Positions 26,522 through 35,700 of a stretch of DNA of 55,816 bases are shown in pieces. The notes under the pieces were generated by a model. That model saw nothing but the letters and a program-made list of their open reading frames with translations, ran no database searches and was not told where the DNA came from. The number at the start of each line of letters is the position of its first letter. Positions within the stretch are counted from its first letter, which is position 1. Both the position numbers and the translations under genes were made by a program. Origin of the DNA: Bacillota bacterium (GTDB taxonomy: Bacteria > Bacillota > Dethiobacteria > DTU022); NCBI GenBank assembly GCA_012797095.1, contig JAAZPS010000055.1:1-55816 (forward strand). Direction: 5' to 3'.

Positions 26522-27094
26522 TTACTCGTTGAACTCAACCTCGGGGACAGTATGGGCTCCTTCATCGGCCTCAAAGTAAGCCCTGCTGCCAAAACCGAAC
26601 AACCGGGCGATGAGCAGGGTCGGGAAGCGGCGAACAGCGGCATTGATCTCGTTTACCGAACCGTTGTAATCCCGCCGGGCCACGGCGATACGGTTTTCGG
26701 TGCCGGCCAGTTCGTCCTGCAGCTGGCGGAAATTGGCATCGGCTTTCAATTCGGGATAATTTTCGACAATTGCCAGCAGCCGGGACAGGGCGCCGGACAG
26801 CTCCAGATCGGCGGCGGCAGCGGATTCGGGGTCGCCCACCGCTCCGGCCAGTCTCGCCCGGGCGGAGCTGACGCTGTCGATGACCTCTCTTTCATGAGCG
26901 GCATAGCCCTTGACCGTGGCGACCAGGTTGGGGATCAGATCGAGGCGCCGCTGCAGCTGGTTTTCAACCTGGCTCCAGTTGTTGTTGACCTGTTCATCCA
27001 GGTTGACCAGGCGGTTATAACTTCCGGCCAGCGGTAGGGCCAGGATCAGCACCAGAACGACCACTCCAAGCAAGATCTTCAATCCGGTTTTCAT
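26522..27094 (-). CDS. LemA family protein
   Basis: An N-terminal TM segment is followed by YN.LV.L.E.V...W.QVENQLQRR.DLIPNLV..VKGYA.HE......V..AR. Confidence 0.9.
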   Translation of the reverse strand: MKTGLKILLGVVVLVLILALPLAGSYNRLVNLDEQVNNNWSQVENQLQRRLDLIPNLVATVKGYAAHEREVIDSVSSARARLAGAVGDPESAAAADLELSGALSRLLAIVENYPELKADANFRQLQDELAGTENRIAVARRDYNGSVNEINAAVRRFPTLLIARLFGFGSRAYFEADEGAHTVPEVEFNE

Positions 27095-27341
27095 TGCACT
27101 GCCTCCTTCTGTAGCCAGCTCCAGGGTATTGATCTATATTCAATTTGCACCACTATTTTAACTTAAAAATAAGGGAACGTAAAGAGTGTCCGGGGAATTG
27201 AACCGGTACACAGCAACTTGAACCCTTATTTTTATCAGGGAAAAAGATCCGGTCGGGGTTGAAGCCCCTGCAGTGATGCAGATCTGGGATGATGGGGCGG
27301 TTGTCTATTCAAACTTTCTCGGGCGGGTTGCCGGGCGAACT

Positions 27342-27890
27342 TTACGCCTGGCGGGGCCGGCTGTCAGCCTCAAAACCTCTGATCCGCTGCAGCCCCAAAA
27401 CAAGAATAACCGTGATGATGGTTCCGATGATCAGCTCGATAATACCGTGTGAAACAGCGACGAAAAGAGCGCCGGCAAAGGGCAGATATCCCCGTAGAAC
27501 GACCATCCCCAGAACAAGTACGGTGTTGGTGGCGCTGCCGACAGCCCCGCCCAACGCTATGGCAAAAACCCGGTTAATTCTTCTGGTGGCGGCGTAAGCG
27601 AAATAGGCGAAAACACCGATAAACAGCCGTGGCAGGATCGCTACCAGGGGATCGGCAAACAAAGGGCTGTCCGCTCTTAAAAAGCTGATGATCCCGAAAA
27701 TCAGTCCGATCAGGAAGCCGACTACGGGCCCTTCAAGGATCCCCCCCAAAATGGCCGGTATATGCATGATCGTCATATTCCCTGCCGGGGTGGGGGCGGG
27801 GATAAAACCGAGAAAGGGGATATAACCCATTAAAATAGCGATCCCCCCCAGTATACCGGATATAACGATCTTGCGGGTTGTAAGTTTCAA
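27342..27890 (-). CDS. ECF transporter substrate-specific (S) component, substrate unknown
   Basis: A small ~6-TM protein whose N-terminal LTTRKIV..GILGGIA... is typical of ECF S components. I place the start at TTG 27890, 8 nt after AAGGAGGAG. The track start 27914 would place that SD inside the ORF. Confidence 0.7.
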   Translation of the reverse strand: MKLTTRKIVISGILGGIAILMGYIPFLGFIPAPTPAGNMTIMHIPAILGGILEGPVVGFLIGLIFGIISFLRADSPLFADPLVAILPRLFIGVFAYFAYAATRRINRVFAIALGGAVGSATNTVLVLGMVVLRGYLPFAGALFVAVSHGIIELIIGTIITVILVLGLQRIRGFEADSRPRQA

Positions 27891-28219
27891 CAGCAACTCC
27901 TCCTTTATGAGCAAATGTTGAGAAAAGATAACAATCTTTCTTTGAATTCTACGTCAACCCCCGAAATCCTTTATTTAATTTTATTACCAGTTCAGGACCT
28001 AATTTACAAAACGGCGGTGTATTCACCTCAGTCTATTTGCCAGTGTTGCAGTCTCTATCAAAAACAGATCGGTGATCAAAGGAGCTGGTAAAACAAATAT
28101 TTGGAAGGGCAGTCTGTTTCAAAATGCTGAAGAAGATCTTTTGAAGCCGGCGCGGGGCAAAGAAGTTACCGAAAAACATCCCAACATTAATCACCGGGAA
28201 CAGGCCAAAGAACCAGCTG

Positions 28220-28687
28220 TTAACCCCTGAGCACGGAAAGAAGCCTTTTTTCATCCAGCAGCAGATCAAGGGCCTCCTCGCTGGATCTAACCAGCACGTT
28301 GGCGGTAGCAAGCAGCGGCGCGTACAAGCCCTCTGATTCGAGTACAGCGATCGACAGCGCTGCCGCGTTGAACATGAGCAGGTCGTTTCTCCCGTTGCCG
28401 ATGCAGGCGCAGAAAGGCCCGCCCAGCCTATCGGCAAACCGATATTTGCTCTCTCCGGCATGAGCGGTACTGTAAATCTCGAGCGTGACCGGCAGCCCCG
28501 CCAGCTCCCTGGCTGCGGTTTTCTGCGTGTCGGAGGTGAGAACATAGAGACGGTAATTTTCCGCCAAGCGGGCGATGCGCTGCTTCACGCCTTCCTTGAT
28601 CAATCCATCCACGGCAATGGTGCCGTTGAAGTCCATGAGCACATTTTCCAGCGTTAAGATTCCATATCCGGGGATCTCAAATCTCAT
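28220..28687 (-). CDS. HAD-superfamily protein of the 'soluble P-type ATPase' type (COG4087-like)
   Basis: LMDFNGTIAVDG (motif I) and IGNGRNDLLM (GDGxND-like motif) are present. ATG 28687 follows AGGAGAG. Confidence 0.75.
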   Translation of the reverse strand: MRFEIPGYGILTLENVLMDFNGTIAVDGLIKEGVKQRIARLAENYRLYVLTSDTQKTAARELAGLPVTLEIYSTAHAGESKYRFADRLGGPFCACIGNGRNDLLMFNAAALSIAVLESEGLYAPLLATANVLVRSSEEALDLLLDEKRLLSVLRG

Positions 28688-28750
28688 TGTCATCTCTCCT
28701 ACCAGCAAAAACTTTTTTCTTCTTTACCCCACCCCCCAATAACTGATCAC

Positions 28751-28907
28751 GGGGACGGTGACTTTTGAGTCAAGGGGACGGTGACTTTGACTCACCACAT
28801 CAGGGTCAGCTTTGAGTCAAGGGGACGGTGACTTTGACTCACCACATCAGGGTCAGCTTTGAGTCAAGGGGACGGTGACTTTGACTCACCACATCAGGGT
28901 CAGCTTT
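28751..28907. repeat. tandem array: three perfect 47 nt units plus a leading partial unit
   Basis: The unit is GAGTCAAGGGGACGGTGACTTTGACTCACCACATCAGGGTCAGCTTT. It occurs at 28767-28813, 28814-28860 and 28861-28907, preceded by the partial GGGGACGGTGACTTTT (28751-28766). Each unit contains the inverted repeat TGAGTCAA-N13-TTGACTCA. Confidence 0.95.
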
Positions 28908-29493
28908 GGCCTTTACTGCCTGAAAGCAGTCTCCGGGCCAAACCCGAATACCGGGATGCGGTCACAGCAGGAAAAGCGGCGTACGGCAGCGTTGATCTTT
29001 TCGCCATGGTGTTGCTAAATCTATCTGCGCCCAGTCCAGGCCGGTTCGCCCGACAGTCGAAAAAAGTTGGCGTCGGCCTTCAGCTCAGGATACTATAACG
29101 ATCGCCTCCCAGTTCACGTTTGGCGTAACCCTTTACTTCGGGGCAAAGCGGTACTGCAGCTTTGTTTCAGTGGTTATTTATCAGCGCCCTGGCCGGGTTG
29201 ATCAGGTTGTTGCGATTCCCGGCCAGTACCAACAATAAAACAACCCCCACCTGCAATAGTTACGCAATTTTGTTTTGCTCAATAAATTGTATCCCAAACT
29301 GCTGATACGGTAAAGGTACAGGTTAACAGGCAAGTACTTGATATTTCCCGCAGTTTTACCGCGAGCGGCAAAGGAAAGCACAGGTGAATTTCTTTGATGA
29401 ACTATCCAATGCCATGAACAAGTGATATGGTTACTTTGGAACAATTGGATGATTATAAAAGTGATGGCAAAGATATTCCGTGGAGGCGCTTGC

Positions 29494-30057
29494 ATGATCA
29501 ATAAAACTTGGCCTGTGCTTCTTTTGCAGTTGATATTCCTGCTCCATAACTGTACAGCCTGCAGCCCGGACAACCGCTTGCTGTACGATCCCAATTTTGA
29601 TGAGCATGCGCAATGCCTTGATGCTTCTGAAAGTCCCAACTTTGATTACTCTTGCACCATAGAGGTCAACGGACAGCCACCTGAAGGAAGTTGCCTATCC
29701 CTGGTCTATAATGTAAATATTCTTCTCAAGGGCAAAACGGCGTCTTATGAAAATGTATGCGTAACCTGCCTGCTGAACAGTGTCGTTCAGGATTTACTGA
29801 GTAACAGCCGCAAATATTTCGGTACTGATGTCTCCGAACAGATCACCCTTTCAAAAGAGAATTCCGCTTTGGGAGTTGCCTTGAGCACCTGGATTGAAGA
29901 TGCTGTACCCCGGTCCCAACTGCAAAACTGTTTAGAAAAGCCTTTCAAGGTAAAGGTTAAATGGGCTCACGGGGAGGAGTATGTTCTCATAGATGATCAA
30001 GAAATTAAGTTGTACTCTGTCGAAAATGGGCAAACAGGCGGGGAAGAAAGGTGGTGA
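29494..30057 (+). CDS. hypothetical secreted or membrane-anchored protein in the low-GC islet
   Basis: It has an N-terminal hydrophobic signal (MINKTWPVLLLQLIFLLHNCTAC) and GGAGG upstream of ATG 29494. I recognise no family for it. Confidence 0.45.
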   Translation: MINKTWPVLLLQLIFLLHNCTACSPDNRLLYDPNFDEHAQCLDASESPNFDYSCTIEVNGQPPEGSCLSLVYNVNILLKGKTASYENVCVTCLLNSVVQDLLSNSRKYFGTDVSEQITLSKENSALGVALSTWIEDAVPRSQLQNCLEKPFKVKVKWAHGEEYVLIDDQEIKLYSVENGQTGGEERW

Positions 30058-30061
30058 TTCT

Positions 30062-30274
30062 GTGACCACGAAAACTGCGGAACTCATGGTGGAAGGTATC
30101 TCTTGCAACCATTGCGTTGCGTTGGTCAAAAAGGCTTTGGAGCAATTAAGTGGAATCCAGCGGGTCGAGGTGGATCTAAAGGCAAAAAGGGTACACGTTG
30201 AATATGATCCGGCAGCAGTGAATTACGAGTCCATGAAAAAGGCCGTTGAAAATCAGGGCTACCGGTTAGTATGA
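30062..30274 (+). CDS. copZ: heavy-metal-associated (HMA) domain metallochaperone, CopZ-like
   Basis: MVEGISCNHCVALVKKALEQL.G...V.VDL....V.V.YD has the CxxC metal site and the ferredoxin-like HMA pattern. GTG 30062 follows GAAAGGTGGTGA. Confidence 0.75.
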   Translation: MTTKTAELMVEGISCNHCVALVKKALEQLSGIQRVEVDLKAKRVHVEYDPAAVNYESMKKAVENQGYRLV

Positions 30275-30846
30275 AATTCCCAATTCGGCAACCGACAACA
30301 TAGATCTTTATCAGGGCTGCGTAATGTGAGAATTACCTGGAAGGGTAATTGGCAATTTGCTGTTTAGGAAAAATTAATTCAAAGGTACAACTTTTAACCC
30401 CGAGAATTGTAGAAAACAGCTCTAACAACCCCTAAATTATGAAGGAAAGAGCATCCATAAAAGGTCGTTACACGTTTCTAAGTTTCCGGAGCCACGATCG
30501 TAAATTAACTGATGCTTGTGAGTAAAATGTTGGTGGGGGGAGGGGATTGGAAAAACCAGCTTTAAGCAGGAGAAGAGAGACCTCATTCCGGAAGGTAGTG
30601 TTGTGAGAAAAACAACCAACGGAGGAGGCCTCTCAAGTAATAGTGATGTGGTTTAGGACTACTGGCAAACAAGACCCAGCGGTATTTTGAAAAATGTTTT
30701 CTGGAGCGAGGAAATTTACCCGTTAGGTATTGACACAGTGAACTGATGCGATTTCTTGAAGCAGAAAGCTAGGGCATGATATAATTGGATCATTCGGATG
30801 GGTCAGGAGTTGATGGGATGACCGACCAGAGAACCGATGGCCATGA

Positions 30847-31263
30847 TCTGATGTCCCCGAAGAAGTCCATTTCATGGAGCTGCCCAAACTATTTGATGAA
30901 AAGATCTCTCTTGTCTAGGACGCCCCCGTTGTGCAATGGATGACCTTTATCGACGGAAAATAGAAGGGGGTGATGGAAGTGCTGGCTCAAAAAAACAAGG
31001 ATATCAAAAGCGCCTATGACCTGTTGCAGATCATTAGCCAGGATGAAAAAGCGAGAATGATCTATGAAGCCAGACAAGCGGAGATCCACGATCAGTTGAC
31101 CCGCCTTCATTCAGCTCATCAAAAAGGTAGGTTCGAGGGCAAGGCCGGGGGCTTGGAAGAAGCCAAAGTTAACTTTGCCAGACTGATGCTGTCGGAAGGC
31201 GAAGATATAGTCAAGATCGTTAATTACACCGGTCTGTCCAGGGAAGAAATGGGAAAATTGTAG
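30847..31263 (+). pseudogene. C-terminal remnant of an Rpn/YhgA-like (PD-(D/E)XK 'transposase_31') gene, interrupted by in-frame stops
   Basis: One frame reads SDVPEEVHFMELPKLFDEKISLV*DAPVVQWMTFIDGK*KGVMEVLAQKNKDIKSAYDLLQIISQDEKARMIYEARQAEIHD.... The two stops are TAG 30916-30918 and TAG 30961-30963. This resembles the conserved IH.IELPKF ... DE..R..YE.R tail of that family. The N-terminal nuclease domain is absent. Confidence 0.55.
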
Positions 31264-31459
31264 CTGCGCAGAGTAAAAAGCCGTTGCTGCAACTCGCATT
31301 ATTTACGGCAGGCGGAATATAGGAAAGCAGTTGAAACAGACCAATAGGACAGGACTCCGTTAGGTAAACCGCAATGTAAGTATTACCCGCTACCAATAGC
31401 CAGTATTCCACTTATCTGACTTGCACTAAACCCTGTAACCGCCGGGGGGGTGATCACCT

Positions 31460-33949
31460 GTGCTCGAGCTCCGGCCCGTCATGGCTATAAGCCTCTGTTA
31501 TATTGCTGGCATTGCCCTGGGGCGGCTCTGGTTGGAGGCGCCGCTGTGGGCGCTGCTGCTGCCGGTGCTGCTGTTTATTGCCATGGGATGGGCTCTCTGG
31601 AAAAAACGTCTCAGTCTCTTTGCAGCGGTTTTGTTTTTGATAGCGACGGCCGCCGGGGCGGGCGCTTTTTTTGTGGCTTTCTACCCGCAAAGCGCCGGCG
31701 AGGGGCTGCTCGATTATGTTGATCGTCCAATTTATGTCGAGGGGATGATTACAGAAGAACCGCTGTACTACGACGACCACAGCGCCTATGTTCTGCAGGT
31801 GGACAGGGTGGAGCTGCCGGAAGGGCGCCGCCATGTTGCCGGCAAACTTCTGGTCAAGGTCTACGGTGATGAGCAGGAGTTTTACCGCTACGGCGAAAGG
31901 CTGCGCCTGCGCGGCGCCATTGTCGACCCCCCGGGGAGGAGGGTGCCTGGCGGCTTTGACTATGCTTTCTACCTACGTTCGCAGGGTATCGACGGGCTGC
32001 TCTACCCCAAGGCGCTCCAGATCAGCTCCCTGGGCGACGGTGATCCGGGGCGGCTGCCTGCTTCCGCCATCGCCCTGCGCAGCCGCCTGACCGATGTCAT
32101 CGATAGAAACCTACCCTCGCCGGCGGCGGAACTTTTGACGGGCATCCTTTTCGGACAACGCAGCCGTCTGCCGGAAGAGGTGCAGGCCAGTTTCCGAAAT
32201 TCAGGTGTAGGTCACCTTCTTGCAGTTAGTGGTCTTCACGTAGGGTTGGTGGCGGCGCTGATCCTGGGACTGTGGCGCCTGCTGGGCCTGCGGGGGAAAC
32301 TGCCGTTGTTTATGGCCATCATTCTGGTTTTCGGTTATGCTTACCTCACGGGGATGCGCCCCTCGGCGCTGCGAGCAGCGGTGATGATCTCTTTTGCCCT
32401 GGGAGCGCTGCTGCTCGAGCGGGAGCGGGATCTGCCGACAACGGTAGTGCTGGCTGCCCTGGCGACCCTGTTGATAAATCCTCTTTACCTTTTTACCATC
32501 GGTTTCCAGCTCTCCTATACAGCCACTCTGGCGATTATCTACCTGCAGCCGCCGCTGGCTGAAGCGGCCCGGAATTTGAAGTTGCCCGGGTTCATCCGCT
32601 CTCTGCTGACGGTGACCCTGGCGGCGCAGATCGGGGTTTTACCTTTATGCGCCTACTATTTTCAGCATATTCCGGTGGGGGCGCTCTTGTTTAACCTGCT
32701 TTTGCTGCCGCTGATGTCACCGTTGGTGGGCCTGGGATTGGGCGGGGCGCTGCTCGGGCTTATCTTTCAGCCCGCTGCAGCGGTGCTGCTGTTCCCCTGC
32801 CGACTGCTGCTGGAGCTGTCGCTTGCGATCACCGGTTTGGCCCGTTACCCGTTCTTCTACCGGCCGATCTATCCGCCGGGGCCGGCCGGACTGGTACTGA
32901 TCTATGCGCTGTTCGCCGCCGCCCTTACTTTCTACTACCGATACCGCTCCCGGCAGCAAAAGGAAGCGGTCTCAGCGGTTTCCCCGGATAGAACCGATCT
33001 ACAATCGCAAAAGCAACCGGGGATACTCCCGGCGGGTGTAAAAATTACTTTCCCCCGCAAGTGGTTACTGTTTTTTGCTCTCGGGACTGCTGTTATACTG
33101 CTGTGGGGGGCCGGCCCGATCCAGTCCCGTTCTTCTGATCTGGTGATTACCTATCTGGATGTGGGCCAGGGGGCGGCAGCCCTGGTGGAGGCGCCCTGCG
33201 GAACCACGATCCTGATCGACGGGGGAGGGGATCCGCCGCACCGGGGTGATCCGCGAAGAACGGGTGAGATGGTGCTGCTCCCCTTTTTGAGAAGAGAGGG
33301 GATCCGTTTTATCGATCTGGCGGTGATCAGCCATCCTCACGAGGATCATTTCGGCGGTATGCTGCCCCTGGTGGAGGAGATCCCCATCGGAGCTTTGCTG
33401 ATCTCGCCGGTGCCGGGTGAATCGCCGTTCTACGATCAACTTCTGGATGAGGCCTCTTTCCGGGGTATTCCTGTTGAAAAAGGTGCGGCCGGGCGCTGCT
33501 GGAACTCCCCATCCGGCCTGTTTATAGAGACTTTCGGTCCTCCGGAGAAGCTTTTTGAAGGGACCAACAGCGATCTGAACAACAACTCGCTGGTGATGAA
33601 GCTGAGCTACAGGGAGGTGAGCTTTCTTTTCTGCGGCGATATCGAGGAGGCGGCGGCCTGCGATCTATTCAAAAGAAAAGCGGCTCTCAAGGCGGCGGTG
33701 CTTTTGATTCCCCATCACGGTAGTTTCATGGAGTCGCTTCCGAGACTTGTTCGTGCGGTGAGGCCGCAGCAAGCGGTTATTTCGGTGGGTCCGAATTCCT
33801 TCGGCCATCCTCGTCCGGAAACATTGACTTCCCTGGAAGAAGCCGGCGTTATAACCTGGCGCACTGATCTGCACGGCAGTGTCATTTTCCGGACCGATGG
33901 AGTCAGTCTACGGGTGGAAACGATGCAGAAGCCGGCGCTGACCAGGTGA
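31460..33949 (+). CDS. comEC: DNA internalization competence protein ComEC/Rec2 (competence domain plus metallo-beta-lactamase domain)
   Basis: The core is polytopic, with the motif F...GV.HLLAVSGLHVG. The C-terminal segment YLDVGQG.A.L.E...G.TILIDGG....HPH.DH.GG fits the MBL domain. The start is GTG. Confidence 0.93.
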   Translation: MLELRPVMAISLCYIAGIALGRLWLEAPLWALLLPVLLFIAMGWALWKKRLSLFAAVLFLIATAAGAGAFFVAFYPQSAGEGLLDYVDRPIYVEGMITEEPLYYDDHSAYVLQVDRVELPEGRRHVAGKLLVKVYGDEQEFYRYGERLRLRGAIVDPPGRRVPGGFDYAFYLRSQGIDGLLYPKALQISSLGDGDPGRLPASAIALRSRLTDVIDRNLPSPAAELLTGILFGQRSRLPEEVQASFRNSGVGHLLAVSGLHVGLVAALILGLWRLLGLRGKLPLFMAIILVFGYAYLTGMRPSALRAAVMISFALGALLLERERDLPTTVVLAALATLLINPLYLFTIGFQLSYTATLAIIYLQPPLAEAARNLKLPGFIRSLLTVTLAAQIGVLPLCAYYFQHIPVGALLFNLLLLPLMSPLVGLGLGGALLGLIFQPAAAVLLFPCRLLLELSLAITGLARYPFFYRPIYPPGPAGLVLIYALFAAALTFYYRYRSRQQKEAVSAVSPDRTDLQSQKQPGILPAGVKITFPRKWLLFFALGTAVILLWGAGPIQSRSSDLVITYLDVGQGAAALVEAPCGTTILIDGGGDPPHRGDPRRTGEMVLLPFLRREGIRFIDLAVISHPHEDHFGGMLPLVEEIPIGALLISPVPGESPFYDQLLDEASFRGIPVEKGAAGRCWNSPSGLFIETFGPPEKLFEGTNSDLNNNSLVMKLSYREVSFLFCGDIEEAAACDLFKRKAALKAAVLLIPHHGSFMESLPRLVRAVRPQQAVISVGPNSFGHPRPETLTSLEEAGVITWRTDLHGSVIFRTDGVSLRVETMQKPALTR

Positions 33950-34115
33950 TCCAGACCTGAGGACCGGTGTGTAAAAGACGGGACTGCGGCTGGTACCGGG
34001 CGGGGCCAAACTTCTTGGGTGGGGAGAAGGTTCGGAATCCCTTCCTATTTGTATTTTCGGTACAGAGCCATAATCTCCGCATTTACTTCTCGACTAGCGG
34101 TTCCAACGTATTTAC

Positions 34116-34247
34116 GTGAGTCAAAGTCACCGTCCCCTTGACTCAGTCCTCTTGACTCACTATATTTTGTCTCCCCCAACTCATAAGTGAGTCAAAGTCA
34201 CCGTCCCCTTGACTCATTGGTCTTTGACTCACCGTCCCCTTGACTCA
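34116..34247. repeat. cluster of the same motif as 28751-28907, in inverted orientation
   Basis: GTGAGTCAAAGTCACCGTCCCCTTGACTCA occurs at 34116-34145 and 34187-34216. It is the exact reverse complement of the 5' 29 nt of the 47 nt unit plus the preceding T. Partial copies are CTTGACTCAC (34151-34160) and TTTGACTCACCGTCCCCTTGACTCA (34223-34247). Confidence 0.9.
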
Positions 34248-34344
34248 TTCACCGGGATTATCTTCTGTATCGGTCTTTTTTAAAGGGCAAGTTTCTTTGG
34301 ATTCCGGGGATAATAGAGAAAAGCAATGAGACGGAGTGGAATGG

Positions 34345-35613
34345 ATGCGTATCTTGATGCTTAGCTGGGAATATCCGCCCCGGGTGGTCGGGGGGATTGC
34401 CCATGTGGTCAGCGAACTTTCCCGCGCTCTGGCCAGCGAGGGAAATGAGGTTGAAGTGGTTACCGCTCTGGAAGAAAACTTGCCGGAGATGGAAACGGGC
34501 GGCGGGGTGACCGTCCACCGGGTCGCGCCCTATCACGGACGTCCCCTTAATTTTTTTGCCTGGGTTCACCAGCTCAACCTGGCCATGCTCGAGAAAGGGG
34601 TGCGCCTCTGCCGGGAAAAAAGCTTTGATCTGGTGCATGCGCACGACTGGTTGGTCGCCTATGCCGGGCGGGGTCTCAAACATATCTTCCAGATTCCCCT
34701 GATCGCTTCGGTTCATGCCACTGAATTCGGGCGCAACCACGGTCTGCATACCGATGAGCAGCGTTATATCGGCGAGGTGGAGTGGTCCCTGACCTACGAG
34801 GCCTGGAAGGTGATCTGCAACAGCCGTTACATGCGCTCGGAGATTGAAGGGGTCTTCAACCTGCCCCCGGACAAGATCGCCATTATCCCCAACGGGATCC
34901 GTGCGGAGGCTTTTCAGGTCTCCGCTCCCGATCCGGCGGTGCGGCAAAGATTTGCGGCGGCGGAGGAGAAGGTTCTTTTTTTTATCGGCCGATTGGTCCG
35001 GGAGAAGGGGGTGCAGGTGCTGCTGGAGGCCCTCCCGAAGATCAGCGAGAGGATTCCGAACCTGCGTCTGGTCATCGCCGGGGAGGGTCCTTATGCCGAA
35101 GAGCTGCACCGTCATACTTTAAACCTGGGCCTCGATCGCCGGGTTACCTTTGCCGGCTATATCGATGAAGAGACGCGCAATCAGCTTTACGCCCTGGCTG
35201 ATCTTGCTGTTTTTCCCAGTCTGTATGAGCCTTTCGGACTCGTGGCTCTCGAGGCAATGGCTGCCCAGACCCCGGTAGTGGTGAGCGACACCGGGGGCTT
35301 TGCCGAGACAGTTCAGCATGGGGTCAACGGGATCAGGGTTGCCGTGGAAAATGATTTCGAACTGGCGGAGCAGATCGGTATGCTGTTGGCTCATCCGGAT
35401 GCGGCCCGCCGCCTGGCTCGAAAGGCTTTGCAGGATGTTGAGCGGCATTACTCCTGGTTTTCCATCGCCCGGCAGTACGAAGAGATCTACCAGCAGGTTG
35501 TTTTTTCACCCGAGGCCCGGCGTTGGCGCCGCTGCTCCCCGAAGGAACCGTCTCCCGAAAAGCGGGAACCGGTTACTTCCACCGCTGCCTCCCGGCCGTC
35601 TCGCTACAGCTGA
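34345..35613 (+). CDS. GT4-family glycosyltransferase (glycogen/alpha-glucan synthase-like)
   Basis: MRILMLSWEYPPRVVGGIAHVV.ELS.AL...G.EV.VVT and the C-terminal GT-B segment EPFGLV.LEAMA..TPVV.S..GG..E.V are present. ATG 34345 lies 8 nt after GGAG. Confidence 0.85.
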   Translation: MRILMLSWEYPPRVVGGIAHVVSELSRALASEGNEVEVVTALEENLPEMETGGGVTVHRVAPYHGRPLNFFAWVHQLNLAMLEKGVRLCREKSFDLVHAHDWLVAYAGRGLKHIFQIPLIASVHATEFGRNHGLHTDEQRYIGEVEWSLTYEAWKVICNSRYMRSEIEGVFNLPPDKIAIIPNGIRAEAFQVSAPDPAVRQRFAAAEEKVLFFIGRLVREKGVQVLLEALPKISERIPNLRLVIAGEGPYAEELHRHTLNLGLDRRVTFAGYIDEETRNQLYALADLAVFPSLYEPFGLVALEAMAAQTPVVVSDTGGFAETVQHGVNGIRVAVENDFELAEQIGMLLAHPDAARRLARKALQDVERHYSWFSIARQYEEIYQQVVFSPEARRWRRCSPKEPSPEKREPVTSTAASRPSRYS

Positions 35614-35700
35614 TCGCGTTCGGGGAATGAGCTGCGGGTAAGGAATACCAACAGGGCCTGCATCGAGAAGATCTTCCTACATTCATGGGGGTGACCATCC

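Noticed and set aside
27915-28219. A possible TPP-like riboswitch upstream of the ECF S component (minus strand: ...CTGAGGTGAATACACC...CCTGAACTGGTAATA...).
   Set aside because: Only loose resemblance to the CUGAGA and ACCUGAUCUGGAUAAU boxes. The P5 closing CCAG and the GGGG/ACCC pairings are missing. It cannot be supported without a covariance-model search.
28033-28545. A 170 aa minus-strand ORF overlapping the HAD gene.
   Set aside because: It lies in a different frame over the motif-bearing HAD ORF and has no recognisable features.
28751-28907. The 47 nt repeat array as a CRISPR array.
   Set aside because: The units are directly abutting with no unique spacers, no cas genes are in the window, and the unit is longer than typical CRISPR repeats.
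28859-29098. A 79 aa ORF (MSQGDGDFDSPHQGQ...) starting inside the repeat array.
   Set aside because: Its N-terminus is simply the translation of the repeat unit. There is no SD and no recognisable protein features.
28751-34247. The segment between the inverted motif clusters as an intact composite transposon.
   Set aside because: There is no transposase or integrase inside, only a decayed Rpn-like fragment. The segment contains the core gene comEC with native-looking composition, and I saw no obvious target-site duplication. The idea is kept only as a 'former element or hotspot' hypothesis in the findings.
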